From: Candidatus Poribacteria bacterium
GTDB lineage: Bacteria; Poribacteria; WGA-4E; JAJDTR01
DNA: 64,000 bases
Assembly: GCA_965222225.1 (NCBI GenBank)
Contig: CBDCTK010000002.1
Span: 3,264,001-3,328,000 of the forward strand
Reading direction: 5' to 3'
Shown here: in pieces, positions 1-10,490 of the stretch
How the letters are laid out: every line of letters starts with the position of its first letter
Position numbering within the stretch: the first letter of the stretch is position 1
Made by a program: the position numbers and the translations under genes
Notes under the pieces: model-generated
What the model saw: only the letters and a program-made list of their open reading frames with translations
The model's database searches: none
What the model was told of the DNA's origin: nothing

Positions 1-1
1 T

Positions 2-79
2 GTGCTCATGCTGCGATACGAAATGGAACGACTGAAAGCGCGCTTAGAAATTATCCAGTATCAGCAAATAGGTGAATGA
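2..79 (+). CDS. 3' end of a gene entering the window, possibly CcmC/CcsA-type cytochrome c biogenesis protein
   Basis: Frame 2 is open (VLMLRYEMERLKARLEIIQYQQIGE*) and lies directly upstream of a CcmD-like gene; identity is inferred from context only. Confidence 0.35.
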   Translation: MLMLRYEMERLKARLEIIQYQQIGE

Positions 80-140
80 TTGTTACCTTTGGATGTCACG
101 GAATGAAAGCCCTCTCGAAAAGGTGGGTTGGAGGAATTGA

Positions 141-500
141 ATGGACAAAGGAGCGCCGTTAATCGTTGGAGTCATTTTCCTTATCTTTTTCGGTGTATTT
201 CTCGGCAGTCAAGTTCCGATTACAATTACACAGGATGAAGTTCTCGCGTCAGTTGCCGATGCTATTGCCGAGATGCACGCCCAAGTGGACGAAACAGAAG
301 TTGGACAGGTAGTAAGCAAATCAATAGAGATGTTGGAAGAACGTCAGAAACGTCGCCTGAAATTTCTGATTTCTGCCTATTTTATGATTTGGCTAGTGTT
401 TAGCCTCTACGTACTCAGGATTGCCCGGGCCCAATCTCAGTTGCGGCAGCGTTTGGAGCAACTAGAATCTCACGCAAAACGATCGGACGACAGCAGTTAA
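141..500 (+). CDS. CcmD-family membrane protein with N-terminal extension
   Basis: GGAGG RBS; C-terminal FLISAYFMIWLVFSLYVLRIARAQSQLRQRLEQLE is a CcmD-like TM helix plus charged coiled coil. Confidence 0.6.
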   Translation: MDKGAPLIVGVIFLIFFGVFLGSQVPITITQDEVLASVADAIAEMHAQVDETEVGQVVSKSIEMLEERQKRRLKFLISAYFMIWLVFSLYVLRIARAQSQLRQRLEQLESHAKRSDDSS

Positions 501-561
501 TGCTGCAAAACCCGCCTTCAACAACTCTCAAAAACATCCCCTCACCTCAAGCAGGCATGTA

Positions 562-658
562 GGATTAAATGGGCGGATAGTTCAAGCGATTGAATAAGGA
601 TCGACTGGGCGAATAACGAATGTTCGAATGAACGGACAGTGAGTGCGATAGAGCTCCC
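562..658 (+). repeat. GATCAA...GATAG...TCCC element, four stuttered copies
   Basis: GGATTAAATGGGCGGATAG / TTCAAGCGATTGAATAAG / GATCGACTGGGCGAATAACGAATG / TTCGAATGAACGGACAGTGAGTGCGATAGAGCTCCC. Confidence 0.7.
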
Positions 659-1072
659 ACCAAGATTCCCGCCAGTTTGTGGGTGCCTACCTATAACATC
701 GCCACCCGGTTGCACCGACAAAACTGTCAACTTCCGCCGTAATAGCGACGCATCCCATCCGTACACCTGTTACCCCGTTACCTTAGGCATATTTCCAAAA
801 TAATCTCGGAGCCTGATGGTGTCTACCTTTGCTCGAATTGGCTTGGGAACCATGTCAATCGTCAGAACTCCGATGCCGACTGAATTCTGTCCATTACATT
901 GAGTTTATTAGGAAAGATGTCTCTTCTTTGAGGACACTCAAGAGACAAGAACAGGATTAGGAAAAAATTCTCTTTGAATCCTAGCAAACATCAAAACATT
1001 CGTGTTTATTGGCAGTAGGCAACGGTTAGTCAAGCCCACTATACCTCGTCGCTGAGGGTTGCCTCCGTCTTG

Positions 1073-1140
1073 CGCTCCAGCGGAGTGCTATGTTTGTAGC
1101 AAGATTGTGTCGCCTTCTCCCGCTCCAGCGGAGCGGAATG
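1073..1140. repeat. Pair of REP-like hairpins CGCTCCAGCGGAG(T/C)G
   Basis: Two direct copies of a short palindrome, related to the GCCCCAGCGGGGCG hairpins elsewhere in the window. Confidence 0.55.
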
Positions 1141-1310
1141 TGGATACCCATGGCGATTTAGAGACAACAGGACACCCCTCGCTAATGGATTAATAGGAAC
1201 GAGGCGTATATTTGCGCCAATGTATGGGCGCTTAAGCCAAGAATTCGGCTTCTCTAGATTAAATTACCGGAGGATTGTTGAAAGGAAAAAAGCGGTAGGA
1301 GGGATGGAAC

Positions 1311-1372
1311 GTAGCACATATCTTCCGACAGGAAATTCAGCGTAGCCCGCCTGTCGGGAAGATACGTGCTAC
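1311..1372. repeat. Long GTAG-terminated inverted repeat downstream of glnK (REP-like or terminator)
   Basis: GTAGCACATATCTTCCGACAGG ... CCTGTCGGGAAGATACGTGCTAC. Confidence 0.55.
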
Positions 1373-1386
1373 CGTCGTTCATCAAG

Positions 1387-1860
<474 letters not shown>

Positions 1861-1938
1861 CTAACATGTGGCAGAACTGTGAAGGGCTGAACTTTAACTT
1901 TCGCGCATCTTCCTACGGCACACGATACGACACAATGG

Positions 1939-3330
1939 CTACAGATTGTAACCTCGTTCATCATGCAGTACGAGGTCTAACCCTTCTCTCTCCTCATCGG
2001 GCTCAACACGCAGACCGATAGTTGCGTCTAGAATCTTAAGAATGATAAAAGAGAGTATGCCACTCCAGACAATAGTGATAACAACGCTGAGGAGTTGCCT
2101 GAAAAACTGACCGCCAACGCCGAAATCTGTTCCTACGCCACCTAAGCCCTTCACTACGAAAACTCCGGTTAAGAGCGCACCGACTATACCACCGATACCG
2201 TGCACGCCGAAGGCATCCAGTGAATCGTCATAACCGAGTTTCTGCTTGAGACTCGTCGCTCCCCAGAAGCAGATGAGACCGGACGCAATACCGATAACCA
2301 AAGCCCCCATTGGGCCGACATAACCTGACGCTGGGGTAATGGCAACAAGTCCAGCTACAGCCCCCGTCACAATACCTAACACGCTCGGTTTACCGTGTTT
2401 CAGCCACTCGGTAAACATCCAGACAATCGCAGCGGTTCCGGTGGAAATCTGGGTCACAAGCATTGCCATTCCTGCGGCGCCATCCGCCGCCAGAGCGCTT
2501 CCCGCGTTAAAGCCAAACCATCCGACCCAAAGCATAGACGCTCCGGCTACAGTCAGTGTTAAACTGTGTGGAGGCATGGGCACCGTAGGATAACCGATTC
2601 GCTTGCCAATCACGATGGCCGCAACGAGCGCGGCGACTCCTGCGTTGATGTGCACCACTGTACCGCCCGCAAAATCAAGTCCGCCAATGATATTCCCAAA
2701 GAGTGAGCCATCACCCGCCCATGCCATGTGGCAGATGGGCGCATACACAATCAGAGACCAAATGCCGGAGAACCAGAGCATTGCCGAGAATTTCATACGC
2801 TCTGCAAAGGCACCCGCTATGAGCGCCGGGGTGATAATCGCAAACGTTAGCTGGAACGTAAGAAATACCGTCTCCGGAATTGTACCGTGGGCGCTATCTA
2901 TGTCTACACCCCTAAGGAACACCTTGCCCAGTCCCCCTATGAACGAATTAAGATTCAGGGTATCTGCATTCATACCTGTCGTATCAAAGGCAAGACTATA
3001 TCCAAGCAAGACCCACAGAATTGTGATTAATCCTGTGAGCGCGAAGCATTGCATCAACACGGATAACACATTGGTCCTTCGGACTAGACCACCGTAGAAC
3101 AGCGCCAAACCCGGAATGGTCATGAACAGAACCAGTGCTGTCGCGGTAAGTAACCACGCGGTGTCGCCGGAGTTAATTGTGGCGGTTTCCTCAGCGAGCG
3201 CAAGCCCGGGTGCCAAAAAACCAACCAACGGTACTATTGCCCATAAAACGTATCTCCGTGGACTACTATCTAAAAACCCAAGCCTCTCACGGCTGCGTTG
3301 ATCGCATTCTGAAATATTGTGCTTTTGCAT
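1939..3330 (-). CDS. amtB: Ammonium transporter AmtB
   Basis: GDTAW, PGLALFYGG, DFAGGTVVH, WVGWFGFNAGS, DDSLDAFGVHG, EREGLD motifs; both conserved His residues present. Confidence 0.95.
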   Translation of the reverse strand: MQKHNISECDQRSRERLGFLDSSPRRYVLWAIVPLVGFLAPGLALAEETATINSGDTAWLLTATALVLFMTIPGLALFYGGLVRRTNVLSVLMQCFALTGLITILWVLLGYSLAFDTTGMNADTLNLNSFIGGLGKVFLRGVDIDSAHGTIPETVFLTFQLTFAIITPALIAGAFAERMKFSAMLWFSGIWSLIVYAPICHMAWAGDGSLFGNIIGGLDFAGGTVVHINAGVAALVAAIVIGKRIGYPTVPMPPHSLTLTVAGASMLWVGWFGFNAGSALAADGAAGMAMLVTQISTGTAAIVWMFTEWLKHGKPSVLGIVTGAVAGLVAITPASGYVGPMGALVIGIASGLICFWGATSLKQKLGYDDSLDAFGVHGIGGIVGALLTGVFVVKGLGGVGTDFGVGGQFFRQLLSVVITIVWSGILSFIILKILDATIGLRVEPDEEREGLDLVLHDERGYNL

Positions 3331-3543
3331 ATTAACCCCCCTTTTGACGGTGTATGGTGAGAACAAGCTGCTTTCCCCATTCTAGCACAATACGAATATC
3401 TGATCAAGCATAAAACACGTTTCACCAGTGTAAGCGCTTGACACGGAATATATCAAGCTTGAGAAAGACAACACGCAGGATTTCGCGAGGACAACAGGAG
3501 CATCAGCCGCAATAGTGATTTCTTGCGACTTGATGCTTGTTGT

Positions 3544-4911
3544 CTAGCGAATTGAGGATACTGTGAAGTCTGGATACGCGCTGGCACCGTGCTCGCCGTA
3601 ATCCAATCCTTCAAGCTCTTCCTCTCTGCTGACACGCAGTCCAACAAGTGCTTTGATGAGCTTGAACAAGATTAAGCCTATAATCATGCACCATGCGAAA
3701 ACGGCGATAACACCGACAAACTGGGCACCAAGAAACTTGAAGGCAGCTCCTTTGTCTGCTGCAAAGAAAATCCCTTGTTCTTGATGGAAAAAGCCGAGTA
3801 AGAGCGTGCCAAGCGCACCGCATGTGCCGTGCACGGAGATAGCGCCAACAGGATCGTCAATTTTAATTCGCTCAAAGAGCAATACCGAGAACACGACCAC
3901 GACCCCTCCGAGCAAGCCGATAATCAGCGCTGATCCTGGAGTAACGTATGCACAGGGTGCAGTAATTGCTACCAGTCCTGCGAGCGCCCCATTGAGCGCC
4001 ATTCCCGCATCCGGTTTGCCTAGCATTAACCATGCCGTAACCATCGCCGCGATAGCACCCCCTGCCGCAGCGATATTTGTCGTCACCGCAATTAAAGAGA
4101 TGTCTGGCGCATCGGCTCCCATCTGGCTTCCTGGGTTGAATCCGAACCATCCAAGCCACAGGATAAACACACCAAGTGCCGCCAAAGGGAGATTATGCCC
4201 TGGAATCGGTCGAGGGTTCCCATTGGCATCGTATTTTCCGACGCGCGCACCCAAGACAATAGCGCCTGCCAAAGCAAGCCATCCTCCTGTCGAATGCACC
4301 ACCGTCGAACCCGCAAAATCCCGCATTCCGAGACCCGATAGCCATCCGCCACCCCAGATCCAGTGTCCGACAACCGGGTAGATAAAGCCGGTAATGAAAA
4401 TCGTATAAATGAGATAACTCTTGAACCGAGTGCGCTCAGCCATCGCACCGGAAACAATCGTTGCTGCTGTCGCCGCAAAGACGAGTTGGAATAACCACGC
4501 AGCGTGCGTAGGAACGGAACTCCATTCCAGTGATGCGAAGGCTTTCGATTCTGCTGGAACAAACCAGCCGCTTAATCCGAGGAACCAATTTCCGTTACCA
4601 AACATGACTGCGAACCCGACTGCCCAAAAGGCGACAGAACCTATTGAGAAATCCATAAGGTTCTTCATCAAGATGTTGACGGCATTCTTGGCACGGGTGA
4701 ATCCGGATTCCACCATGGCGAAACCCGCCTGCATAAAGAACACAAGAAAAGCGGCGAGAAGCACCCAGACGGTGTCAGCCATATATTTTGCGGCGGACAC
4801 CTCCTTACCTTCTACTGATCCGTTTAGGGCAAATACCTCTGTACTCATAAACAGGGTAAGGATCAAGATGGTCGCCAGAACACCCGAAACGCCGAGGTAT
4901 GTCCTTTTCAT
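3544..4911 (-). CDS. amt: Ammonium transporter, second Amt subfamily
   Basis: FMQAGFAMVESG, KNAVNILMKN, DFAGSTVVH, DDPVGAISVHG, EELEGLD motifs. Confidence 0.95.
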   Translation of the reverse strand: MKRTYLGVSGVLATILILTLFMSTEVFALNGSVEGKEVSAAKYMADTVWVLLAAFLVFFMQAGFAMVESGFTRAKNAVNILMKNLMDFSIGSVAFWAVGFAVMFGNGNWFLGLSGWFVPAESKAFASLEWSSVPTHAAWLFQLVFAATAATIVSGAMAERTRFKSYLIYTIFITGFIYPVVGHWIWGGGWLSGLGMRDFAGSTVVHSTGGWLALAGAIVLGARVGKYDANGNPRPIPGHNLPLAALGVFILWLGWFGFNPGSQMGADAPDISLIAVTTNIAAAGGAIAAMVTAWLMLGKPDAGMALNGALAGLVAITAPCAYVTPGSALIIGLLGGVVVVFSVLLFERIKIDDPVGAISVHGTCGALGTLLLGFFHQEQGIFFAADKGAAFKFLGAQFVGVIAVFAWCMIIGLILFKLIKALVGLRVSREEELEGLDYGEHGASAYPDFTVSSIR

Positions 4912-5280
4912 CAAACATTCTCCTTCTAATAGCGGTACAGTTAATTTTAGTGAGTTATCGAATAGCTCGGTACAAAGGGAATTCGACGACCAATGAAGAT
5001 TCCCAAAACCAAGAGCTACGCGATGCGGTTCTTGCGAGTCCAGATAACAGAGAATACCGCAATATTGGGAGTGTCATCGCCTCCCCAAATGACGGTTCAG
5101 ATTATCGGGAGTTCTGAATGTGCGGACAAAAACGAGATGCCCAACTTAGGCGCCCATCCACCTATTTCTCACTCATCGCAAGTTTCCAATTTCGATGCAC
5201 ACAAATGGTGGTTGAGCACCACTCCGCAATTCGCCAAAGCAGCCATCTCTCTGACGGTCAAATACATAATAGAATCTTAA

Positions 5281-5309
5281 TTGTGATTCGCTCCTCACCA
5301 TGATATAAT
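5281..5309 (+). promoter_or_regulatory. Putative sigma70 promoter for the GT39 gene
   Basis: TTGTGA-17-TATAAT with TG extended -10. Confidence 0.45.
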
Positions 5310-5348
5310 GGCAATTAGCCAACCAACCTCTATGATGCTTCCTCTTGG

Positions 5349-5363
5349 GCAAATTGTGTGCCA
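5349..5363 (-). promoter_or_regulatory. sigma54 (-24/-12) promoter facing amt-amtB-glnK
   Basis: Minus strand reads TGGCAC-ACAAT-TTGC, matching the TGGCAC-N5-TTGC consensus. Confidence 0.65.
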
Positions 5364-5481
5364 TATCAGACATTACATTTTTGAATTATCCTGCATCCCG
5401 CAAATGACGCCACGTAAAGACAGTTCTCACTAGCAGAGTTCACAAGAGATAGCGCTGCTTTCTTTTCGATTTTGAAGACAA

Positions 5482-6996
5482 ATGCTGAAATATTCATCAA
5501 TAAAGTGCTCAATAAATGAGCGATATCCTGATTCTTCAAGACTCCGCACTCAATACCTCCTTGCAGCAATTATAATTGTCGGAGCGATACTTCGTTTCTG
5601 GAATTTGGGGGCGTGGAGTTTGTGGATGGACGAGGTTTTGACGGTGCTTCATGCAAAACAACTTTCGATTGACAGCTTGGGTATAAATCCGCTTCCGTAC
5701 TTTGCTGTCAAACTGTCGCTGTCGGCTTGGGGACTGGACGAATGGGGAGCACGCTTCATTCCGTGTATCGTCGGTATTGTGTCAATCCCGCTAATATTCT
5801 TTATGGGACGGTCATTGGTCAATACGCGTGTTGGAATATTCGCGGCTGGCTTTATTGCGCTTTCAAACTGGCATCTATACTGGTCCCAGAATTCGCGCGG
5901 CTACAGCTTCACGTTTCTATTCGGAATGCTGACAGCATGGAGTTTCTATCGTGCCATACAACATGACCGTCCCTTAATGATGATTGGTTCGCTCTTCTCG
6001 GCAATCTGCTTAATCCTCTCCCACACGCTTTCTATATTCATCCTACCCGCTCTTGCGGGATATGTAGCGAGTTTCTGGCTGGCAGACGTGTTTCCGCGCG
6101 CGCGGGGAATGTCCGCCCAAGCTCAGGAAAGGCAACATTCACTACTCCCATCTGGTGAAAACAGCACTGGACGCCCCGCGGGCATTCGGTGCCGCAACCT
6201 GCTAATCTTTTTTCTTCCGTTCACAATTCCGCTTTTTGTGTTAATCCTGCCAGAATTCCGCAACTGGCTAGTCTCGGGCTGGGGATTGAATGAATGGCGG
6301 CGCAGCCCAATCTATATCATCTTTACCCTTGTGTACGGTTTGAGCGTGCCAGTTGCCGTAACCGCTCTTTTTGCGCTATTCGCCAAGCCGATGGAAAACT
6401 CGGTTCGGTTCTTGGCTTGCTATGCGGGTATGCCGCTTATTCTGTTTCTGATTGCATCTCGCTTACAGAACGTTGCCGGCTACTATCTGTTTTATACAAC
6501 TCCCGCGTACTTCTTGCTCTGCGCTATCGGTTGCGATCGGGTTTCGAGAGTAAAATCGCTTCCTATAGTCGTCCGCGCTGTTCTGCCTTGCGTCATCATT
6601 GTCACAATGCTCTCCCAGAACTATCTGTACTTCAATGTCGAAAACGGGGGTAGACCCAAGTGGCGCGAGGCGTTCTCAACCATCCGATCAGAGATGAATG
6701 ATAACGATCTAGTGGTTATCTCTCTCCCGGAAATGAGTCGGCACTATTTGCCTGAACTCAAGTCAACCGCGATCAAAGAGGTATTGGACAACAGGCTGGA
6801 ATTAGAAAAGCAGTGGAAGTCGGAACGTACGCGGGTATGGTTTGTGATTGATGCGGGAACTTTCGATGTCTTTGATTCGGAGGGAAAATTTCGACAGTGG
6901 GTACGCGGGAGGGCAAGACTTTCCCAGACCTTTCCTGTTTTTGCCAGGACAAAAAATCGGACAATCAACCTCTATCTGTGGGATACAACGGAGTGA
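5482..6996 (+). CDS. GT39/ArnT-PMT family membrane glycosyltransferase
   Basis: LRFWNLGAWSLWMDE, EWGARF, YWSQNSRGYS motifs; many TM helices; exact start uncertain. Confidence 0.85.
   Translation: MLKYSSIKCSINERYPDSSRLRTQYLLAAIIIVGAILRFWNLGAWSLWMDEVLTVLHAKQLSIDSLGINPLPYFAVKLSLSAWGLDEWGARFIPCIVGIVSIPLIFFMGRSLVNTRVGIFAAGFIALSNWHLYWSQNSRGYSFTFLFGMLTAWSFYRAIQHDRPLMMIGSLFSAICLILSHTLSIFILPALAGYVASFWLADVFPRARGMSAQAQERQHSLLPSGENSTGRPAGIRCRNLLIFFLPFTIPLFVLILPEFRNWLVSGWGLNEWRRSPIYIIFTLVYGLSVPVAVTALFALFAKPMENSVRFLACYAGMPLILFLIASRLQNVAGYYLFYTTPAYFLLCAIGCDRVSRVKSLPIVVRAVLPCVIIVTMLSQNYLYFNVENGGRPKWREAFSTIRSEMNDNDLVVISLPEMSRHYLPELKSTAIKEVLDNRLELEKQWKSERTRVWFVIDAGTFDVFDSEGKFRQWVRGRARLSQTFPVFARTKNRTINLYLWDTTE
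5483..5522. promoter_or_regulatory. Two tandem NtrC-like enhancer sites
   Basis: TGCTG-AAATATT-CATCA and TGCTC-AATAAAT-GAGCG resemble TGCAC-N7-GTGCA, 120-160 bp upstream of the sigma54 site. Confidence 0.45.
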
Positions 6997-7004
6997 GAGA
7001 GGGG

Positions 7005-7697
7005 TTATCGGTTTCGAATTTGTCTAACCGCGTCCATGAGCAATCTCAGATTTCGCGCATCTCGCGAACCCTTGACTGATTCAACACCTGAGCAGAGATC
7101 GATGCCGTAAGGTTGAACGGTTTCGATTGCCCGCCTTACGTTCTCAACGCGAATTCCGCCGGAAAGAAAGGCTGGAATCGCAGATGCAGCAATTAACTTT
7201 TCGGCGATATCCCAATCGCTGGTTTTACCTGTCCCGCCGAAACGCTCTTTGCCCGGGCTAATCTCGGCGGTATCGAATAAGAATGCGTCCGCGCCTGCGC
7301 GAGTGTATGCCTCCATCTCGACATGAATCCCTTCAAGGTCCGGTTTCTTACTCGTACCGGTAGGCAAAAAAAGGGATTTCCAAACATTGCAGGAAAGCTG
7401 CTGTTTTAGCTGATGAACTTCATCAGGTGCTTCGTGACCCAATAGCTGGATTGCGAATGGCTGGATTATCTCTGCGACATGTCGAACCCAGTCTGTCACA
7501 CGGTCAGACACAAGTATCACAGTTGGAATTGAGGTCTGCCGCACAATTGCGACAGCCGTACCAATGGGGACAGATCGCTCCGAGAACGGCACCTCAAGGA
7601 CAACTCCACAATAGTCTGCACCGGCATCTACCGCCATCCGCGCATCTGCAACGTTGGTTGTGCCACAGATTTTTACCTTGCACGCAACTCTTTTCAT
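7005..7697 (-). CDS. trpF: Phosphoribosylanthranilate isomerase
   Basis: KVKICG, IQLLGHE, FGGTGKTSDW, FLSGGI, GIDLCSGVES motifs. Confidence 0.9.
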   Translation of the reverse strand: MKRVACKVKICGTTNVADARMAVDAGADYCGVVLEVPFSERSVPIGTAVAIVRQTSIPTVILVSDRVTDWVRHVAEIIQPFAIQLLGHEAPDEVHQLKQQLSCNVWKSLFLPTGTSKKPDLEGIHVEMEAYTRAGADAFLFDTAEISPGKERFGGTGKTSDWDIAEKLIAASAIPAFLSGGIRVENVRRAIETVQPYGIDLCSGVESVKGSRDARNLRLLMDAVRQIRNR

Positions 7698-7837
7698 ATC
7701 AAGGTGATGGAGGAGAAATAGACGGGGAAATCGTCACTAGCTAGGGGTATAGACCGATTCCCTCTTTATAAGCACTTTTTCCCTGCAAGAGGATGAGTGC
7801 GGGGCATCGTTAATTCTAATCGGCTAGTTGACGGAGA

Positions 7838-9103
7838 CTACATCGTTTGAGCTTCTAGTTGCGCCAATACTTCGTTAAGGAATGTATTCAGGCTACTTTC
7901 ACCTTGGAAGCGTTCCTTCTGGCTCTGAAGCGCCCGAATTGCAGGCGCATCGCCGATTCTGGCAAGCGCGTCAACAATAGTCAATCTAATGGTAAGTTCC
8001 TCTAACGAGTCGAGTGCATCAATTAAAACATCTCGCGATCTAACCCCGCCAATGTTGCCAAGCGCGGAAGCCGCTATATCCTTGACGTTTGCGTCACCAC
8101 GATTGAATGCGACAATAAGCGAATCAACCGCGTCAGTTCCAATCTGACTAAGGCCAAGCCCTGCTTGGAACCGAATGCCCGGCACCTCGCCCCTATCTTC
8201 CATTACGGCGGTCAATACCTCAATCGCAGAGTGAGGTTTAAGTACACCCAAAATGGCTATGCAAGTCCTACGAATCTCTTGGTCAGGCTCAACCGCGCGC
8301 TTGATATATCTTTGTGCTAACGCAACCAGACGTCCCTCTTCAATCTCCCCGCGCGGTGCTTGAACTCTTTTCGTTGCGTCGGCACTTCTTGATCGGCTAA
8401 ACTCAACGAGGCGCGCTAAGCTTCTGACTGCCGGTTTGCGAAGTGACAGGTCTCCGCTCTGTTCCACGATGTCCATCAAGGGGTCAACAGCTCGCGCATC
8501 ACCGAGTTCGCCTAGTGCCTCAACAGCCGCAATTTTGACGCCCGCCAACTCGGTCGTTCGGAACGTGAGCTTGGAGCCGTGTTTCGTAAACTCCTCAATT
8601 GCTTCCTTATAATCATCAATTGTGCGAATCTTGCGCTCATCAATCACTGCGTCAATCGTATCGCCTATACGTATGTTTGCATTCGCCGCTGGACTTCCTT
8701 GCTTCACTTCGCTGACAGTATTTCCATTCACCTTCAGTCCAGTCTTATCACCACTTCGTCGGACAGCAAGCCGGACAGTTCTGTCGTCGGCAAAGCGCAG
8801 TATAAGGTTGTTGTCTCTATGCATTGCCTTTTTTGCCGCACGTCTGTAATTCCCTCCGCTCCCAAGCGAGTATTCGCCGACGACGTAAGAGATTAATTCG
8901 CCCTCTTCAAGATGTGCTCTGGCTGCCGGACCGTTGGGTTCTACCGAAATCACCGCGACTCCGTTCGTAGACCATCGATTTTCGAGATCGCTATCCAACT
9001 GTTGTACCTGAATCCTAAACTGCTCGTCGTGGTAGCGATTCTCGCATCCAACGGCACATAGAAAGATGAAAATAAAAAGCAATGAGTGCACCTTTGTACG
9101 CAT
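7838..9103 (-). CDS. Lipoprotein with two PDZ-like domains and HEAT repeats
   Basis: Lipobox LCAVGC; VEPNGPAARAHL and VKQGSPAANANIRIGD PDZ signatures; AVEALGELGDARAVDPL-type HEAT repeats. Confidence 0.75.
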   Translation of the reverse strand: MRTKVHSLLFIFIFLCAVGCENRYHDEQFRIQVQQLDSDLENRWSTNGVAVISVEPNGPAARAHLEEGELISYVVGEYSLGSGGNYRRAAKKAMHRDNNLILRFADDRTVRLAVRRSGDKTGLKVNGNTVSEVKQGSPAANANIRIGDTIDAVIDERKIRTIDDYKEAIEEFTKHGSKLTFRTTELAGVKIAAVEALGELGDARAVDPLMDIVEQSGDLSLRKPAVRSLARLVEFSRSRSADATKRVQAPRGEIEEGRLVALAQRYIKRAVEPDQEIRRTCIAILGVLKPHSAIEVLTAVMEDRGEVPGIRFQAGLGLSQIGTDAVDSLIVAFNRGDANVKDIAASALGNIGGVRSRDVLIDALDSLEELTIRLTIVDALARIGDAPAIRALQSQKERFQGESSLNTFLNEVLAQLEAQTM

Positions 9104-9265
9104 GAGATCTCCTTATCAAAACATACTAAACAGTGCTCAGAAAAGTGATTATGTCAGTTCGCAACGTCGATTCAACAAGATACTCATGTGTTGTGAATGA
9201 ATCGGATTTCATTTTACAGATTGAAAAAAGAATCAGCGGAATCGTAGAGCGTATGAATCCATCTA

Positions 9266-10186
9266 TCAGAATTTGATTTCAACCTCTCGACTGCCCTGAT
9301 CTCCCAAAGCGTTTAGCAATGGATTAACCGCGCGTTCATCACCGAGTTTGGCAAGCGCGTGAATTGCATCGACACGTAATGAAGAACCTTTATTTTCGGA
9401 AATTTCAACCAATTCCTTAACGGCGGCGCCACCAATTTTCCCGAGTGCTTCGACCGCTAATTGCCGAACTTCTGGACTTTCTCTGTCCCTTGCGCGTTTT
9501 GCTGACCCTGAGTTCACAATCTTAACCAATTCTGGAATCGCCTTTTCGTCTCCGATTTCCCCCAGCGCCTTAACTGCATTTAGTCGCGTCTCCTTGCGTT
9601 TGTGGTCAAGCAACTCGATGAGTAGTGGCACGATTGTGTCGGGAGAAACCTTCCCGATTTCGGCGAGTACCCAGTGAGCGTCGTGACGATCCCGGTTGTC
9701 TTTGGATTTAATCGCTTTTTTCAAAGATCGCAGCAACTTATTGCGATCGCCTTGGTTGTAGATGCGCTTAAGCGCGTTGAGCGCTGCGTTCTGCACACCG
9801 GGCTCATCACGTCTCAATGTCTCAAACACCAAAATTTCAAGATATTTGCTTTTTTCCTGCTGATACGCGAGGAACATATGTTTCCCTCGATTTTCGGTGC
9901 TAGCCATCTCCTCGTGCTCCTCCCAATTTTCTAGGGCGGACTTTGCGCTGTAAAAATCTTGGGAATCTTGGGAATCGTAGAACCCGAGTAGATAATGTGC
10001 CTCGGCATTGGTCGGCTCTTGTTGGATTGCCAACTTAAACTGAGCTACAGCCCGCTCCTCTTTGCGTCGTCTGTCAGATTTAATAAGCTCCTTACCTTTG
10101 GAGAGATATTCATTGTGGCTTCCGCAACTGACCAAGAAAGCGGCAAGTCCAATAGATACAACACTCACCTTGAGACATTTATTCAT
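9266..10186 (-). CDS. Lipoprotein with one TPR and HEAT/PBS-lyase repeats
   Basis: Lipobox FLVSC; AIQQEPTNAEAHYLLG (TPR); RLNAVKALGEIGDEKAIPEL repeats. Confidence 0.75.
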   Translation of the reverse strand: MNKCLKVSVVSIGLAAFLVSCGSHNEYLSKGKELIKSDRRRKEERAVAQFKLAIQQEPTNAEAHYLLGFYDSQDSQDFYSAKSALENWEEHEEMASTENRGKHMFLAYQQEKSKYLEILVFETLRRDEPGVQNAALNALKRIYNQGDRNKLLRSLKKAIKSKDNRDRHDAHWVLAEIGKVSPDTIVPLLIELLDHKRKETRLNAVKALGEIGDEKAIPELVKIVNSGSAKRARDRESPEVRQLAVEALGKIGGAAVKELVEISENKGSSLRVDAIHALAKLGDERAVNPLLNALGDQGSREVEIKF

Positions 10187-10490
10187 TCTGAACTCCATCC
10201 AATCCATATCAGAGATTACGTAATGGTTATCGCAGTAACTGTCGTTCGCTGCCGCCCGTTTGAGTTTTCAGGATTCGCTCAATTCCTCTTCTACCTCTGC
10301 CCCTGCACTTGGTTACGTCGAAACGCTTTCTGAACGAACTCCAAAAATGAGCGCATCGTCATAAAGATCGAATTACGTTACTGTAACACAATTGATATTT
10401 GAAGGCAAGATAAAGATCTTTCCTCGTCCATTCTAACATCCCACCTTTGAACTTACTCCAAGCGCCCGTTTTTAGACTGGCAGTTAATTC

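Noticed and set aside
542-900. ORF 542-766 or a possible gene remnant
   Set aside because: No recognisable motif, and it runs through the repeat cluster.
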